DNA of 64,000 nt from assembly GCA_001780285.1 (NCBI GenBank), contig MFGN01000005.1, forward strand, positions 10,200-74,199, in the 5' to 3' direction. The position numbers and the translations under genes are program-made. The DNA comes from Candidatus Falkowbacteria bacterium RIFOXYD12_FULL_34_57 (GTDB lineage Bacteria; Patescibacteriota; Patescibacteriia; Patescibacteriales; UBA12075). This document shows positions 7,293-20,400 of the stretch, in pieces; position 1 is the stretch's first letter, and the number at the start of each line of letters is the position of its first letter. The notes under the pieces are model-generated. The model worked only from the letters and a program-made list of their open reading frames with translations. It did not search any database and was not told the DNA's origin.

Positions 7293-10200
7293 ATGAATTT
7301 TAAATTCAAAATTAAGTTGATGAGATATCTAAAAATTACAATCTATACCTTCATTCTAGCAATAACCCTGCTCTTGGTTGGTTATGCTCAAGCTGCTATT
7401 TCTCCACATATTAATTTTATGGGCAAGGTGACAAATATTGACGGCACTGAACTTGCCGACGGTGTTTATAATATGACATTTTCCCTGTTTACTGCGCCTA
7501 CCGGCGGGTCGGCGATTTGGTCGGAAGAATTAACCGCTGACAATCGTTTTTCTGCCGTTATTACCCATGTTACAGAAACTAATGCCGGTATTATTTATAC
7601 TTATTCTTCGGCTTCGGCCAGCACTACTTTGAGTATTGGGCAGTATTTATTCAATGCCAGTACTTCTGAAAACGCTTTAATCATTGATTACGGTTTAGGA
7701 TCTTCTACGGTAACAGTTGCTTCCAGTTCGGCGGTGTGGAGCGTGGGAGAAGGAATAAACAATCGGCCGTTTGTAGAGGGCGGTGTGATTAATGAAAATT
7801 TAGGTTCGGTTACCGATTTGACCGGTGTTGATTTTAATCAAACTTTATACTTAGAAGTAAATTTTAACGGCGAAACCATGGAGCCGCGCAAACTGCTTGC
7901 TTCCGTTCCTTATGCCTTTGAAGCTTCGCGGATAGACGGCAAAACTGGAGATCAATTTGCGGGCTTGCCAGATGATGAAACCGTGACTGGAGAATGGAGC
8001 TTTAATAATATTGTCAGAATATCCACCAGTTCCGCTAGCACCGCTCTGACCATTACTCAAAACGGATCAGGAGATATAATAGAGTTTAAAAAGGGTGCTG
8101 TTTCTTATTTTACGGTGTTTAATGATGGCAGAATCCGATTCGGCAGTTCTACTGCCGGCTATACTTTTCCCGCCAGTCGCACCGGATCTACTGCCGGTTA
8201 TGTCCTGAAAATTAATGCCGCCGGCAACATGTATTGGGATGCTGATTTCGCTGGCTCGGGCGGAGGATCAGGTCTTTGGGCTTCTTCTTCCGACGGCAGT
8301 TTTATTTATCAGGCCGATACGGGCGATATAGTGGTGATTGGAAATAATTCTACCAGCACCTCTGAAATTGGATACCAATTTGAAGTTACGGGCGGCGCTT
8401 GGCTGGAGCAAGTGGCAATATCCGATCAAAATGAGCTCAAGTTTTATGATGCGGACAGCTCGCATTATGTGTCACTTCGGGCGTCCAGCACTATTGCTTC
8501 AAGTTTTATTCTTACCCTGCCGGTTGACGCCGGACTTGTCGGACAAGCTTTAATTACTGATGGCAGCGGAAAATTGAGCTGGGGCAGTCCGTCCGGTTTT
8601 ACATATGTTAATCCGGGAACAGCCGGACAAATCGCTTATTATCAAGAAGATGGTAGCGCTCTATTTGCTACATCATCTATATTTTTGAGCCCGGACGGCA
8701 AATTTGGAATAGGAACCACCACATCTTTATCTCTATTAACTGTGGGTGGAACAAGCGGCAGTCAGTTTTTGGTAAATAATAGCGGGCAGGTTGTGGGTGG
8801 AACTTGGCAAGGTGATATTTTGGGAGTAGCTTTTGGAGGTACAGGAACCACTACCGCTACCTGGACTGGTTTGCCGTTTATAACTGCCGGAGTCTGGAGT
8901 TCTACCTCTTCCCTTTCTCAAATTTATGGCGGTACCGGATTTAGTTCTTATTCTTCAGGCGACATAATTTATGCTGGTAATAATAGTAATTTAGCGAGAC
9001 TTCCCATTGATGTTAATGGAAAGATTTTGACGATTGTAAACGGTTTGCCGGCTTGGACGTCTACCTCGTCGCTTGGTATGGATATTTCTGAAATTTCCGG
9101 AATATTAGGAGTGAATCAGGGTGGAACAGGACAGAATTTTACAGGCGCTACCGGTTTTATTTATTTAGATAATGGGACCGCGGTAGCATCTTCGGTAATC
9201 GCAGTCTCTTTTACTGATTTAGTTGCTAATTCTCCCATTAATTTGTTCGGCAACACACTGTCTCTTGATACGAGCGGAAATTGGAGCGGCACATTTGATA
9301 ATCAGGAAGGTTCTTATTATTTAAATGCTGTGAATTTAACCAATTTTAACATTCCTTTTTCTACAGCGCTTTCCGGAACCACTACCAATGCCTTAGGCGA
9401 GGGTTCCCTTCACTTGTATTGGACTGATGAGCGTTTTGATAGTAGACTTTCTGCGACGACCAGTTTGCCCAATATTACTTCTTTGGGTAGTTTAAATACT
9501 GTTGGTACTATAACTGTGGGGACTTGGCATGGTGATATATTGGGAGTGGCCTATGGAGGAACAGGAACATCCACATTTGAAGCTAACTCTATTTTGTTTG
9601 CGCCCTCTGAAAATACGATTTCAGAGATTCTTGCCGGAACAAATGGTTCTGTTTTGAAAATGGTGGGCGGTGTGCCGACATGGGATAATGATTTGACGGT
9701 GGGGGGAGAAAGTAATTTATGGGCCACATCTAGTGATAATTTATTAATTCATCCCTCTACTCCGAGTTATGTGGTGGTGATTGGCGCAAGTGGTACTAGC
9801 ACTATTGGCTATGACTTGGAGGTGGCCGGAAATGTTCTGGTTGGAGGAGATTTGACTGCTCAAGGATTGTCGCTTACAAATGCTTTAGGAGTGGCTTATG
9901 GAGGTACAGGAACTACTACTTTTAGATCCAAATCATTATTATTTGCATCCAGTGACAATGTTATCGGGCAAATATTACCGGGTACTAACGGTTATGCGCT
10001 CGTTATGAGCGGCGGCCAGCCCACTTGGAGTTCTACTACTCCAGGAATCGCACATGATATTCTTTCCACGCAGCACGCGGACACAGACGCGACATCTACT
10101 AGAATTCGTGGAGACCTACTCGCTGTGGGTGATACCGGCAATTGGACCAGATTAGCACTCGGCGTTAATGGGTACATATTACAATCTAACGGAACTGATG

Positions 10201-10826
10201 CGGTTTGGGCAACCACCACAAATATTACATCCCTAGGCACAATTAATTTTGGAACTTGGAATGCAAGCATAATTGATATTGCTTATGGAGGTACGGGCGC
10301 CGGAACCGTAGCCGGAGCAAGAGCTAATTTGGGGCTTAGTGATATTTATAAATTTGGAATCAATGCCACCGGCACATCCGGATATGTGTGGCAATCTGAC
10401 GGAGATGGAAGGGGGCAGTGGGTTGCTACTAGTTCACTTGGAATTAGTACTGGTGGAACTAAATCTAGATTTGTGGGTACCACTTCAGATTCTTATTATC
10501 CAGATTTTGCCACATCTACTTATACGGGTTATAGGGCGGCAAATGCGATTTGTATCGATGAATACGGGTCTGACGCGCATTTTTGCAGAACATATGATTT
10601 GATTGTATCTATTGAATTGAGTGATATATCTTCCTGGGGTGGCGCTGCTTGGGTAGCTGAGGGCCCTCCGGGTTATACTGCTAATTCTAACGACTGCCAA
10701 GGGTGGACAGCATCTTCATCGGCAATGCTTGGCGCTTATTGGGAGTTTCAGAGTACGGGCGGCGGCATGGGGTGGCTCATCAGCTGCCTGACGCAGATGC
10801 CAATTGCCTGCTGCGCGTGGCAGTAA
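7293..10826 (+). CDS. Large secreted fibre-like protein (1177 aa) with a Cys-rich C-terminal domain
   Basis: Starts 1 nt after the previous stop. N-terminal signal/TM. Repeated GVAYGGTGT-x-TF-x(3)-LLFA...G-x-P-x-W motifs shared at protein level with the 5328-aa giant. C-terminal Cys-rich domain ending ACCAWQ. Confidence 0.75.
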   Translation: MNFKFKIKLMRYLKITIYTFILAITLLLVGYAQAAISPHINFMGKVTNIDGTELADGVYNMTFSLFTAPTGGSAIWSEELTADNRFSAVITHVTETNAGIIYTYSSASASTTLSIGQYLFNASTSENALIIDYGLGSSTVTVASSSAVWSVGEGINNRPFVEGGVINENLGSVTDLTGVDFNQTLYLEVNFNGETMEPRKLLASVPYAFEASRIDGKTGDQFAGLPDDETVTGEWSFNNIVRISTSSASTALTITQNGSGDIIEFKKGAVSYFTVFNDGRIRFGSSTAGYTFPASRTGSTAGYVLKINAAGNMYWDADFAGSGGGSGLWASSSDGSFIYQADTGDIVVIGNNSTSTSEIGYQFEVTGGAWLEQVAISDQNELKFYDADSSHYVSLRASSTIASSFILTLPVDAGLVGQALITDGSGKLSWGSPSGFTYVNPGTAGQIAYYQEDGSALFATSSIFLSPDGKFGIGTTTSLSLLTVGGTSGSQFLVNNSGQVVGGTWQGDILGVAFGGTGTTTATWTGLPFITAGVWSSTSSLSQIYGGTGFSSYSSGDIIYAGNNSNLARLPIDVNGKILTIVNGLPAWTSTSSLGMDISEISGILGVNQGGTGQNFTGATGFIYLDNGTAVASSVIAVSFTDLVANSPINLFGNTLSLDTSGNWSGTFDNQEGSYYLNAVNLTNFNIPFSTALSGTTTNALGEGSLHLYWTDERFDSRLSATTSLPNITSLGSLNTVGTITVGTWHGDILGVAYGGTGTSTFEANSILFAPSENTISEILAGTNGSVLKMVGGVPTWDNDLTVGGESNLWATSSDNLLIHPSTPSYVVVIGASGTSTIGYDLEVAGNVLVGGDLTAQGLSLTNALGVAYGGTGTTTFRSKSLLFASSDNVIGQILPGTNGYALVMSGGQPTWSSTTPGIAHDILSTQHADTDATSTRIRGDLLAVGDTGNWTRLALGVNGYILQSNGTDAVWATTTNITSLGTINFGTWNASIIDIAYGGTGAGTVAGARANLGLSDIYKFGINATGTSGYVWQSDGDGRGQWVATSSLGISTGGTKSRFVGTTSDSYYPDFATSTYTGYRAANAICIDEYGSDAHFCRTYDLIVSIELSDISSWGGAAWVAEGPPGYTANSNDCQGWTASSSAMLGAYWEFQSTGGGMGWLISCLTQMPIACCAWQ

Positions 10827-10916
10827 AGTTTATTTAAAAATAAAACTAAAAATTTTATTTTTCTGTGGATAAATCCGTTTAAATAAAAATAACTTGTTGA
10901 TAAATTCTATAAATAG

Positions 10917-10948
10917 TGTACGCAAAATCATGCGTACATTTTGTTTTT
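10917..10948 (+). terminator. Rho-independent terminator
   Basis: TGTACGCA-aaatca-TGCGTACA followed by TTTTGTTTTT. Confidence 0.65.
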
Positions 10949-11038
10949 GGCAAATATTTAGTAAATATTAAAATAAATATATAGCTAATATTTAATAAAA
11001 ATATATAAACAAAATATAAAAATATTTAAACTTTTTTG

Positions 11039-11102
11039 TTGACAAAAGATAGTTAAAAATTGTTTAATTTTTATAGTTTTTTGTTGTGGATTATGGTATA
11101 AT
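11039..11102 (+). promoter_or_regulatory. Promoter-like block shared with 4982-5054
   Basis: TTGACA at 11039-11044, shared TAAAAATTGTTTAAT, extended -10 TGGTATAAT at 11094-11102. Confidence 0.45.
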
Positions 11103-11372
11103 AAGTAGAGGATAAGCTGTGTATTAAAAATGTATATTATTAATACATTATTTCCAATACAATCACGCAATCACGCAATCATAAAAAATCAAAAATAAAA
11201 ACAATAATAAATAACAAAAATAACAATAATAAATAACAAAAATAAATAACAAAAATAAATATAAAAACATGTAAAAATTTAAAAATGTTAATAGTTTTTT
11301 ATTAGATATTGCGTTAGTAATTCCAGACTTTTGACTTATAAAAGCTTTTAACCCCTAACTTAATATTTCCCC

Positions 11373-11411
11373 ATGCTAAATAATAATTTTTTATATTTGA
11401 AATTATGCTAA
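11373..11411 (+). promoter_or_regulatory. 12-codon leader ORF (MLNNNFLYLKLC) whose stop codon lies in the 5-prime arm of a terminator hairpin
   Basis: ATG in the context ccccatgctaaata, identical to the start context of the 51839 gene. TAA at 11409-11411 is inside the stem at 11408-11416. Confidence 0.35.
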
Positions 11412-11438
11412 CTCGCGTTATGCGAAGTTAGTTTTTTT
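11408..11438 (+). terminator. Terminator-like hairpin 46 nt upstream of the giant ORF
   Basis: CTAACTCGC-gttat-GCGAAGTTAG (one bulged A) followed by seven T. Confidence 0.5.
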
Positions 11439-11483
11439 ATTTTTATTTTGTTGTCTGAAAAATATCGGACCACGGAATGAAAA

Positions 11484-14400
11484 ATGAAAGATAAACAAAA
11501 AAAATCACTAAAAATGAAAAGAATATGGTGGACAATTAAATTTGTTTTACCAATGTTTTTGTTAACATTGGTGTTTTTTAGTATAAACGGAGAAAAAGCA
11601 ATTTCGGCTCCGGCTAGGTGGGAAGATGATTTTAACGATTGTCCGCAGCAGGATTTAACTAATTTTCCGGGTCAGAATTGTTTGGCGGGTCAAGGTATTT
11701 GCGGCGTGGACACAACCGGAGTGGATTTAGCTCAATGTTATTCTAAAGCGTCCATGAATTACCCGACCGCATCTACTACTTCCAGCACGGTTTATGCTTC
11801 AGGCGAAGATGGCGGATATGTTGTCAACTGTTATGTAGATATGGATGCCACTGCTCCATATTGCGATAATTCCGGCACTTGGTGGTGTAATAGGGATGCT
11901 ACTTGTAATGCTCAAAATAGAGAAACAGAGTGTATTGGAGGAGGAACAGCTTTTTCCTGTGAAGATTGTTATTCGGGTTATTATGACTGTACCGGGGATG
12001 CAACTTGCGAAATTCGAAGCGGAGTAACAGCTTGTCCTGATGCGCACGGGACTTATAATACTACTTGTGGATGTAATTGCAGCGCTTATTGGTATAATTG
12101 CGATGGCGATGCGACTACTTGTGAATGGGGCGGTACCAATGTGGATAATGAAAATTACCGGTTTACTTCTGCTTGCGCGACTAGTTCTTTCGAGTGCTTG
12201 CCCGGTTATGATGATTGTAATGCTGATTTAAACGAAGCAAATATTAATGCCGACACTACCGATGGTTGTGAAATTGATGAATGGGATACAAATTTCGGCG
12301 CTGCCGGCTTGAACAATAGATATAATGATAGTTGTACAGTAATTTGTGATGCTAATTATTACGATTGCGATGGTTTTGGCGCTACTACCACCAACGGCTG
12401 TGAAGTGCAGAATGCTGCTAGTTGTACTGTCGGGCAATTATCCGGTACCTGGGACGGTCCGAATTGTAATTGTGTCGTGCCAACCAGTTACTTTGAAACC
12501 GGTGTAATGGCTGAGTTTGCGACTACCAGCCCGCTTCTTTGGGGTTATCAATACGGAACAGGACCATTAATGCAGTTTACCAGTTGGGGTGCCAGTTCTA
12601 CTGGTGGAATATTTTATGTAGGCAATGATGGTAAAGTCGGTATTGGCACTAGTTCTCCGGGTTCAATGCTAACCGTTGGTATGGATAGCGGCAATCAATT
12701 TTTAGTTAATTCAACAGGGGTGGTAACTGCCGGTACATGGAATGGCAGTATTATTGATGTGGCATACGGCGGAACCGGAACTTCTACTTTTGAAGCTAAT
12801 TCTTTGCTTTTTGCTTCTTCAGATAATAATATTTCAGAAGTTTTAATTGGTTTGGAGGGATATTCTTTAGCGGTTGTCGGCGGAAAACCAACTTGGGTAG
12901 CGTCTTCTACGGGAGCTGCACATCCGTTACTTTCTGTATCCCATGCTGATACTTCAGAAGAAGCGGTTTTAAGGGGAGCATTGATAGTGGGTCGGCAAAA
13001 TGCCAGTCTGGAATGGGCAAGGCTCACTCTTGGATCTAATGGATATATTCTGTATTCAGACGGAACAGATGCTATCTGGCAGTCATTTGAAAATCTTTGG
13101 GATATAAATATGCTGGCTACAACCAGTATGCCGCATATTACCGATTTAGGAGGGCTTGCTACTGTGGGCACGATTACATCCGGAATTTGGAACGGCAGCA
13201 CAATTGATGTAGCGCACGGCGGCACAGGACTTACCTCTGTTTCCGGCGGATATTTACTTGTGGGCAATAGTGCATCTGCGCTTCAGGCAACTTCCAGTAT
13301 ATTTGTGGCTGATTCGGGGTTCGTCGGAATCGGTACGACTACCCCGCAATATAATACGGTAATTATTGGTACCACTAGTGTGGATACTATTTGTTTAGGT
13401 GGATCATGTATTGCAGATTGGGGCCAGTCCGGCGCTATAGATGGGTCAGGATCAACCAACTATGTTACATATTGGCAGGATGGTAATACTTTAACTTCCG
13501 AAGCTCAGCTTGCAAATACTCGCGGTGGTACAGGTCAGAATTCATCCGGCTGGACGGGAATAGCCGCCATCAACGGCGGCACCTGGAGCGCTTCCACCTC
13601 CATCCAGAATGTCTATATTGCCGACGACCTCACGGTAACCGGAGGAGTAATCGGATCAAATAATATCTCCGGAACATTAACCACCACCAATACATTGACC
13701 ATCGGAGACGACGGGGATAATATCATTATTTCAGCTTCCAACTGGGACGTGAACGCTTCCGGGCAGATTACGGCGGGAACAGACGAGACCATCAACGGCA
13801 TCGATATCAGCGGCGGCGTGATCAGCGACGTTACCGGGCTGACGGTCAACGGCAACATCATCGTATCCGGATTCGTGGACGGCGTGGATATTTCAGCCGC
13901 TTCGTCAACCTGGGACGCAAAACAAGACGCGATTACCGGAGCGGCGACAACAGTGCTCACGTCGGATTTGACGGCGGATCGGGCGTTGATCTCCAACGGA
14001 TCGGGCAAGATCGCGGTATCCGGAACAATATCATCCACCGAACTGGGATATCTGGACAATGTCTCATCAAGCATCCAGACGCAGTTGAACAGTAAGTGGG
14101 ATGAGCTTTCCGACATGGCGCTGACCCAGGGGTATATTTTCGTGGGTGATTCAAATGATGATCCAAAAGCCACTTCATCCATATTTATTACATCAATCGG
14201 CAATGTCGGCATCGGCTCAACTTCCCCGATGTATGATTTCGTAGTTGTCGGCACCTCCAGCGCCGATACTATCTGCCTGGACGGATCCTGCATTTCCAAT
14301 TGGGGCGAATCCGGCGCTATCAGCGGATCCGGAAATACCGGCTATGCCGCATATTGGTCGAACGCAACTACGCTGGCCGGCGAACAATATCTGGCGACAA

Positions 14401-17400
14401 GCAGGGGCGGCACCAATCAGAATTCATCCGGCTGGAACGGCGTTGTAAATGTCGTAGGCGGTACATGGTCAACCATAACAGGAACAGCTAATAACATTAC
14501 CTATTGGTCTGATGCCAATACCATCAAAGCCACAACCAGCATATATTTGGCTGATTCAAGTTTTGTCGGCATCGGCACCAGCTCGCCTATCAACCAGCTG
14601 GATGTCAGAGGCAATTTAGGAGTGCTCAATCAGAACGAACTCAGATTCTATGAGCAGGAAGGCAGCGGGCACAATTATGTCGCTTTCAAAGCGAGCACCA
14701 CATTAGGATCTAATTTTACATGGATACTTCCGACTACTGCCGGAGCGGACGGGGAGGCATTGATGATGGGATCTAACAATAAATTAGAATGGGGTACTCC
14801 TGTTGGTGCCGGAACCAACGAATCAAGCACGGCCGGATATATCACGTATTACAAAACAGGCGGAACTACCGTATCGGGCACCTCCACTATATTTATCGCG
14901 CCTAATGGCTATGTGGGCATCGGATCAGGAACTCCGAATAATTTGTTATCAATAGGTGATAATATAAACATCAATGCGGCCGGTACGATTACCGGCGGCA
15001 CCTGGCAGGGCGCTCCTGTCGGATTAACCTACGGCGGACTTGGAGGCAACTTCAACAGTTCTACCGGATATCTTTATGTTGCCGGCGGTACAACTATAGC
15101 TACATCTACCATTTATATCGGTAATACCGACTTGAATGCCGGCACCGGACTTACATTGTCCGGCAATACCATAAATCTGGATGAATTCACTATGGGCACC
15201 ACCGATACCGACGCGACTTTGGGCTCCATTTTCTTTGCCGGAACTGGAGGCGCGATGCAGCAGGACAACGCCAATCTGTTCTGGGATGATACGAATAACC
15301 GATTGGGAATCGGTTCTTCTTCACCGCAGCAAACATTAACAATTCAGGGTGTAGTCGGGCAGGGTATATTGAATATCGCCTCTTCGACAGGTGAATCTAT
15401 ATTTTTTGTTAATGAATATGATAATATCGGTATTGGTACTATTAGCCCTAGTGAAAAATTGGTGTTAAATAACGGTAATTTTTTACAAACCGAAGGAACT
15501 CCTATTAAATTGGGCGGTGTAAATTTAGGTGATGATGGTAGGGGGTTGTGGATAAAGGATAATTATGCTTATGTGGTTTCTGCTAATTATTTAAGTGTGG
15601 TCGATATTACTAATCCAAGTCATCCGATCTTTATAGCTAGCACCACTATCGGAACCGGAGTTAGTGCTTATGGTATTAGAATATCTGGTACTTATGCTTA
15701 TGTAGTTGGTGGTTCAGCTTCAGATGATGATGTTCATATTTTTGATATATCAGATCCTTATAACCCTAGTGATGTGGGTGGAATTGAGCTTGGTGCTACA
15801 AATGTCGGTGGTATTTATATTTCTGGTAAGTATTTGTATCTTGGTTCGCTTAAAACAGGAGGTTTTGAAATATACGATATATCAGATCCGTTAAACGCAG
15901 TAAGACTTGGAGGTACTTCGGTAACCGCAAATGATGCTATCAAATCTATCTGGGTAGTCAATAACAAAGCTTATGTAGTTTCTAATTCCAATTCTTATAA
16001 TTTAGAGGTATTTAATGTTTCTGACCCAACTAATCCAACTTTATTAGATGGGTTAAATACTAGTAGTGGTAATGGAGCTGATATATATGTTTCTGGTCGG
16101 TATGCTTATTTTGGTACAGAAAGTACTGGAAATGATTTTCATATTATTGATATTTCGAGTTCAACTAACATGACTGTGGTTAGTGAGTTAAATACCACCG
16201 GATCAATCAGGGGAATATGGGTGGCCGGTAATTATGCTTATACATCGTTATCAACCGGAGGTAATAAGGTTGAAATATTTGATATAGCAAGTTCAACCAA
16301 TCCATCCAGTATTGGTTCACTTGCTACAGCTGATTATGCCTGGGATATTGTTGTTAATGGTAAATATGCTTATGTTGTTTCAGGACCTATTGGAGATGAT
16401 TTAGAAATATTTGATATTACAGGCATCAGCGCTCCGGCTGCTAACATTGGTAATATTGCTACTAATTATATTAATGTTTCAGAAAATGCCTATATTGATA
16501 ATAATCTTTATATTGGTAATGGTCTTAATGTTGGTGTGGGTGGTATAAAATCCGATGGTAGTTTTTCAGCTTATGGCGACGGTTACTTTGGCGGCAACTT
16601 AACAGTTGGTACAACTACTTTTGGCGCAATGCTTACTGTCGGGGCTACCAGCTCCAGTCAATTTTTAGTTGACAGCAATGGTCGTATTACAGACGGTACC
16701 TGGCAGGGCGACGCAGTTGGTCTTACCTATGGCGGATTGGGCGGGAATTTCAATTCCGCAACCGGTTTCTTCTACGTCTCCGGCGGAGTGGTTGTGGCTT
16801 CATCTACCATTTATATCGGTAATACCGACTTGAATGCCGGCACCGGACTTACATTGTCCGGCAATACCATAAATCTGGATGAATTCACCATGGGCACGAC
16901 CGATACCGACGCGACTTTGGGCTCCATCTTCTTTGCCGGAACTGGAGGCGCGATGCAGCAGGACAACGCCAATCTGTTCTGGGATGATACGAACAACCGA
17001 TTGGGAATCGGCACTACTACTCCTTTTTATACTTTAACGGTTGAAGGCACAGTCGGAAATGGTATTTTGAATATTGCCAGTTCATCCGGCAACTCTTATG
17101 TGCAGATAGATAAAAATGGTTTAACTACTTTTACCGGTGGGGTTATTAATCCTCGTCGAGTTGGATATATACAGTCTTCTAATATTGATAATGCTAATGG
17201 TATTTATGTAGTTAAAGATTATGCTTATGTTAGTGGTAAGAGTGGCATTTCAATATTTAACGTAGCCTCATCGTCAAATCCAATATTTATAGCTTCTACT
17301 TCTCAAACATGGTCTACAATATCTTCACCGCGCAAACCTGTTGTGGTTGGTAATTATGCTTATTTGCCTAGTGACGGAGTAACCACCGGTGCGGTTTCTA

Positions 17401-20400
17401 TATTTGAAGTTTCAAATCCGGCTGCGCCAATGCTTGTGGGAAGATATCCTGATTATGTTACGGGAGCTACCAGTATGATAGCTGGCGCAAAAGGTATTGC
17501 TATTTCCGGAAAATATCTTTATGTGGTTGCTGCCGGTCGCGATACTTTTGCCGCTCTTGATATCTCAGATCCTTCAGATCCCAAAATGATATCAGAATAT
17601 AGAACCAATATAGGCGATCCACAGAATGTAATAGTGGATGGAAGCCATGCTTATATTGCTAATTGTAATGCTAACGCGCTTACTATTATGGATATTTCTG
17701 ATCCATTCAATTTAGTTCGTGATGCGCATCTTGTTGATGCTACCAGGCTCGATTGTCTTAATGGAATTGATAAAAAAGGAAATTATATTTATGGATCAGT
17801 TTGGGATACCGGAAGATTTACGGTAATAGACGTATCAAATCCTAAAAATCCATATATAGCCACATCCACAACTGGTCCTACGGGAACAGAGTTTACAAAC
17901 GGAAATGATGTAGTGGTTGAAGGAGATTATGCATATGTAATAGCTTCTAATAAAATAGTAATTATGAATATTAAAGATCCGATTAATCCACGATATATAA
18001 CTGAGATTGGCATTGTTTCAGCAGAAATATTTTTGAGCGGACGTTATCTTTATGCCGTTAGCGGTTCTGATGATTCATTATCGATTTATGATATTGGAGC
18101 ATTAGAAGTGAGTAATATGTATGCAGGAACAATAAATGTTGATACTCTTCATGTGGCTAGTGATGCGATTATCAACACAGATCTTTATGTAATGGGCGGT
18201 CTCAATCTTGGTGAAAATGGTTTATTGTCTCAGGGAGATAGCGCTTTTATTAAACTTGCCACATCAAGTGATACTAATAGTCCGGTTCTTTCCGCAAATA
18301 TTATCGATCTTAATTCTTCCAGTATTTCAAATATATTTAAAATTACTCATATGAGCAATTCGGTTGCTGAAAATGGAATTGGATCGGGATTATTATTTGA
18401 AAGTGAATTTATTAATGCTCACGGTACAGCAACATCAAGCGCCACATCTACTGCTCAAATCGCCTCTTTATTAATAGATGCTTCATATGCTTCACCGGCA
18501 TCAGCGCTTACTTTTTCTACTAAAAATAATTCATCAAATCTTACTGAATGGATGCGTTTAAATGAAAATGGTTATTTGGGAATCGGCACTACAACACCAG
18601 ATGCTAAATTGACGGTTTGGGGCGCTTCTAATGGGAATAATGCTTTAGTAAATTATTATAATTCAGATGCAAGCAATTTATTTACAATTTTAGAAAATGG
18701 CAATGTCGGCATCGGCTCATCTACCCCAAACAGCCTGCTTTCAATTGGCGATAATATTAATATCAATGCCTCAGGCGTAATTACCGGCGGCACCTGGCAG
18801 GGCGCTCCTGTCGGATTAACCTATGGCGGACTTGGAGGCAACTTCAACAGTTCTACCGGATATCTTTATGTTGCCGGCGGTACAACTATAGCTACATCTA
18901 CCATTTATATCGGTAATACCGACTTGAATGCCGGCACCGGACTTACATTGTCCGGCAATACCATAAATCTGGATGAATTCACTATGGGCACCACCGATAC
19001 CGACGCGACTTTGGGCTCCATTTTCTTTGCCGGAACTGGAGGCGCGATGCAGCAGGACAACGCCAATCTGTTCTGGGATGATACGAATAACAGGCTTGGA
19101 ATAGGGACATCTACCCCCGCTTATCAATTTACCTTATTTAATGATGATTTGAATGATTATTTAGCTTATATTTATAATGCTTCTTCTACGGCCAGCTTGG
19201 GCGGAGGTTTAAAGATTCGCGTTGATGGTGACGGTGAGATTTTGAATTTAAATCACAATGGATCTGATATGGTAACCGTGACCGGTGCGCAGACTACTTT
19301 TAATAATCCGGTTAACTTTACCTCTATCGGAGATGTTACACTCGCTTACGACCTCATTATGGCCAATGCTTCTGCCGGAAATATTACCTTTGATGGACCG
19401 GGTTATATTAATACTCAATCAGCTTGGCAAGATTTAGATTTAACTTTAAGCGCTGCTAACTTAGGTTATATCATTCTGGATGATCAAACGACTTTAACCG
19501 GCACCTCAACTATTGCTGATACTTTGTATATTAACGCTTATAATGACCGCGTAGGTATCGGCACTTCTTCTCCCATGGCAAAATTTGCGGTAACGGGAGA
19601 CGCTTATATTACCGGTACTACTACTGTAGGTTCTTTGTTTATTGGTGCTACAGAAATTCACCCCGAATGGGATAATGTGATTATTGTTGACGGCACAACC
19701 TACGCGCAAAACAGTACCGGCATCCAAGCCGCTATCAACGCCCTTCCTGCCGGAGGCGGTAAAGTATTTTTACCGGCCGGTACTTACAATATTACTGCCA
19801 CTACCACCATTCCAAGTAATGTTTGGATTGAAGGTGCGGGGGCTTCTTCTACGATTTTAAGACTGGCCAATAATGCTAATTCAACAATTTTCATAAATGC
19901 TGATACTACTAACGGTAATGAATATATTAAGATTTCTAATTTATTTATTGAGGGCAATAAAAACAACAACAGCTTCGGTCATGGATCATATTTTGCCTCA
20001 AGTAGCTATATTACTATTGAGAATGTCACATATAATGATATTGATAATTCTTCCTTGTATTTTATTAATTCTAGTAACAATATACTTAAAGAAATTCGAG
20101 TAATAAATTCTGATAATTATGCGTTAGTGTTCAATAATTCTTCCTATAACTCAGTGCTAGAATCTTACTTTAATGATAATGATAGTTATGCTGTTTTTCT
20201 TACCAATGATTCTATTTACAATTTAATCAGCGATAGTAATTTTATAGATAATAGCCGTCATATTGTACCTCTAACTGGTGATAATTATTACAATACCGTT
20301 ACCGGTAATTACTTCACTGGTGCTAGCAACGGAGGCTTCGACGGTGATTGGGGTTATTCAGTAATTACGAATAACAGATTTATTGAAAATTATCGTTGGG

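Noticed and set aside
11160-11270. Tandem repeats upstream of the giant gene (caatcacg x2.75; aataaataacaaaaat-type units), and heptamer arrays elsewhere, as a CRISPR array
   Set aside because: The units are 7-16 nt and directly abutting with no unique spacers. No repeat of CRISPR length or regular repeat-spacer periodicity is present, and there are no cas genes.
12695-14299. Long antisense ORFs inside the giant gene (12695-13267, 13613-14299, also 26472-26981 and many of 60-110 aa)
   Set aside because: They lie fully within and opposite to a continuous 15,987-nt ORF with clear domain content. They have low-complexity, family-less translations, as expected for shadows of Gly/Thr/Ser-rich, locally GC-richer coding sequence.
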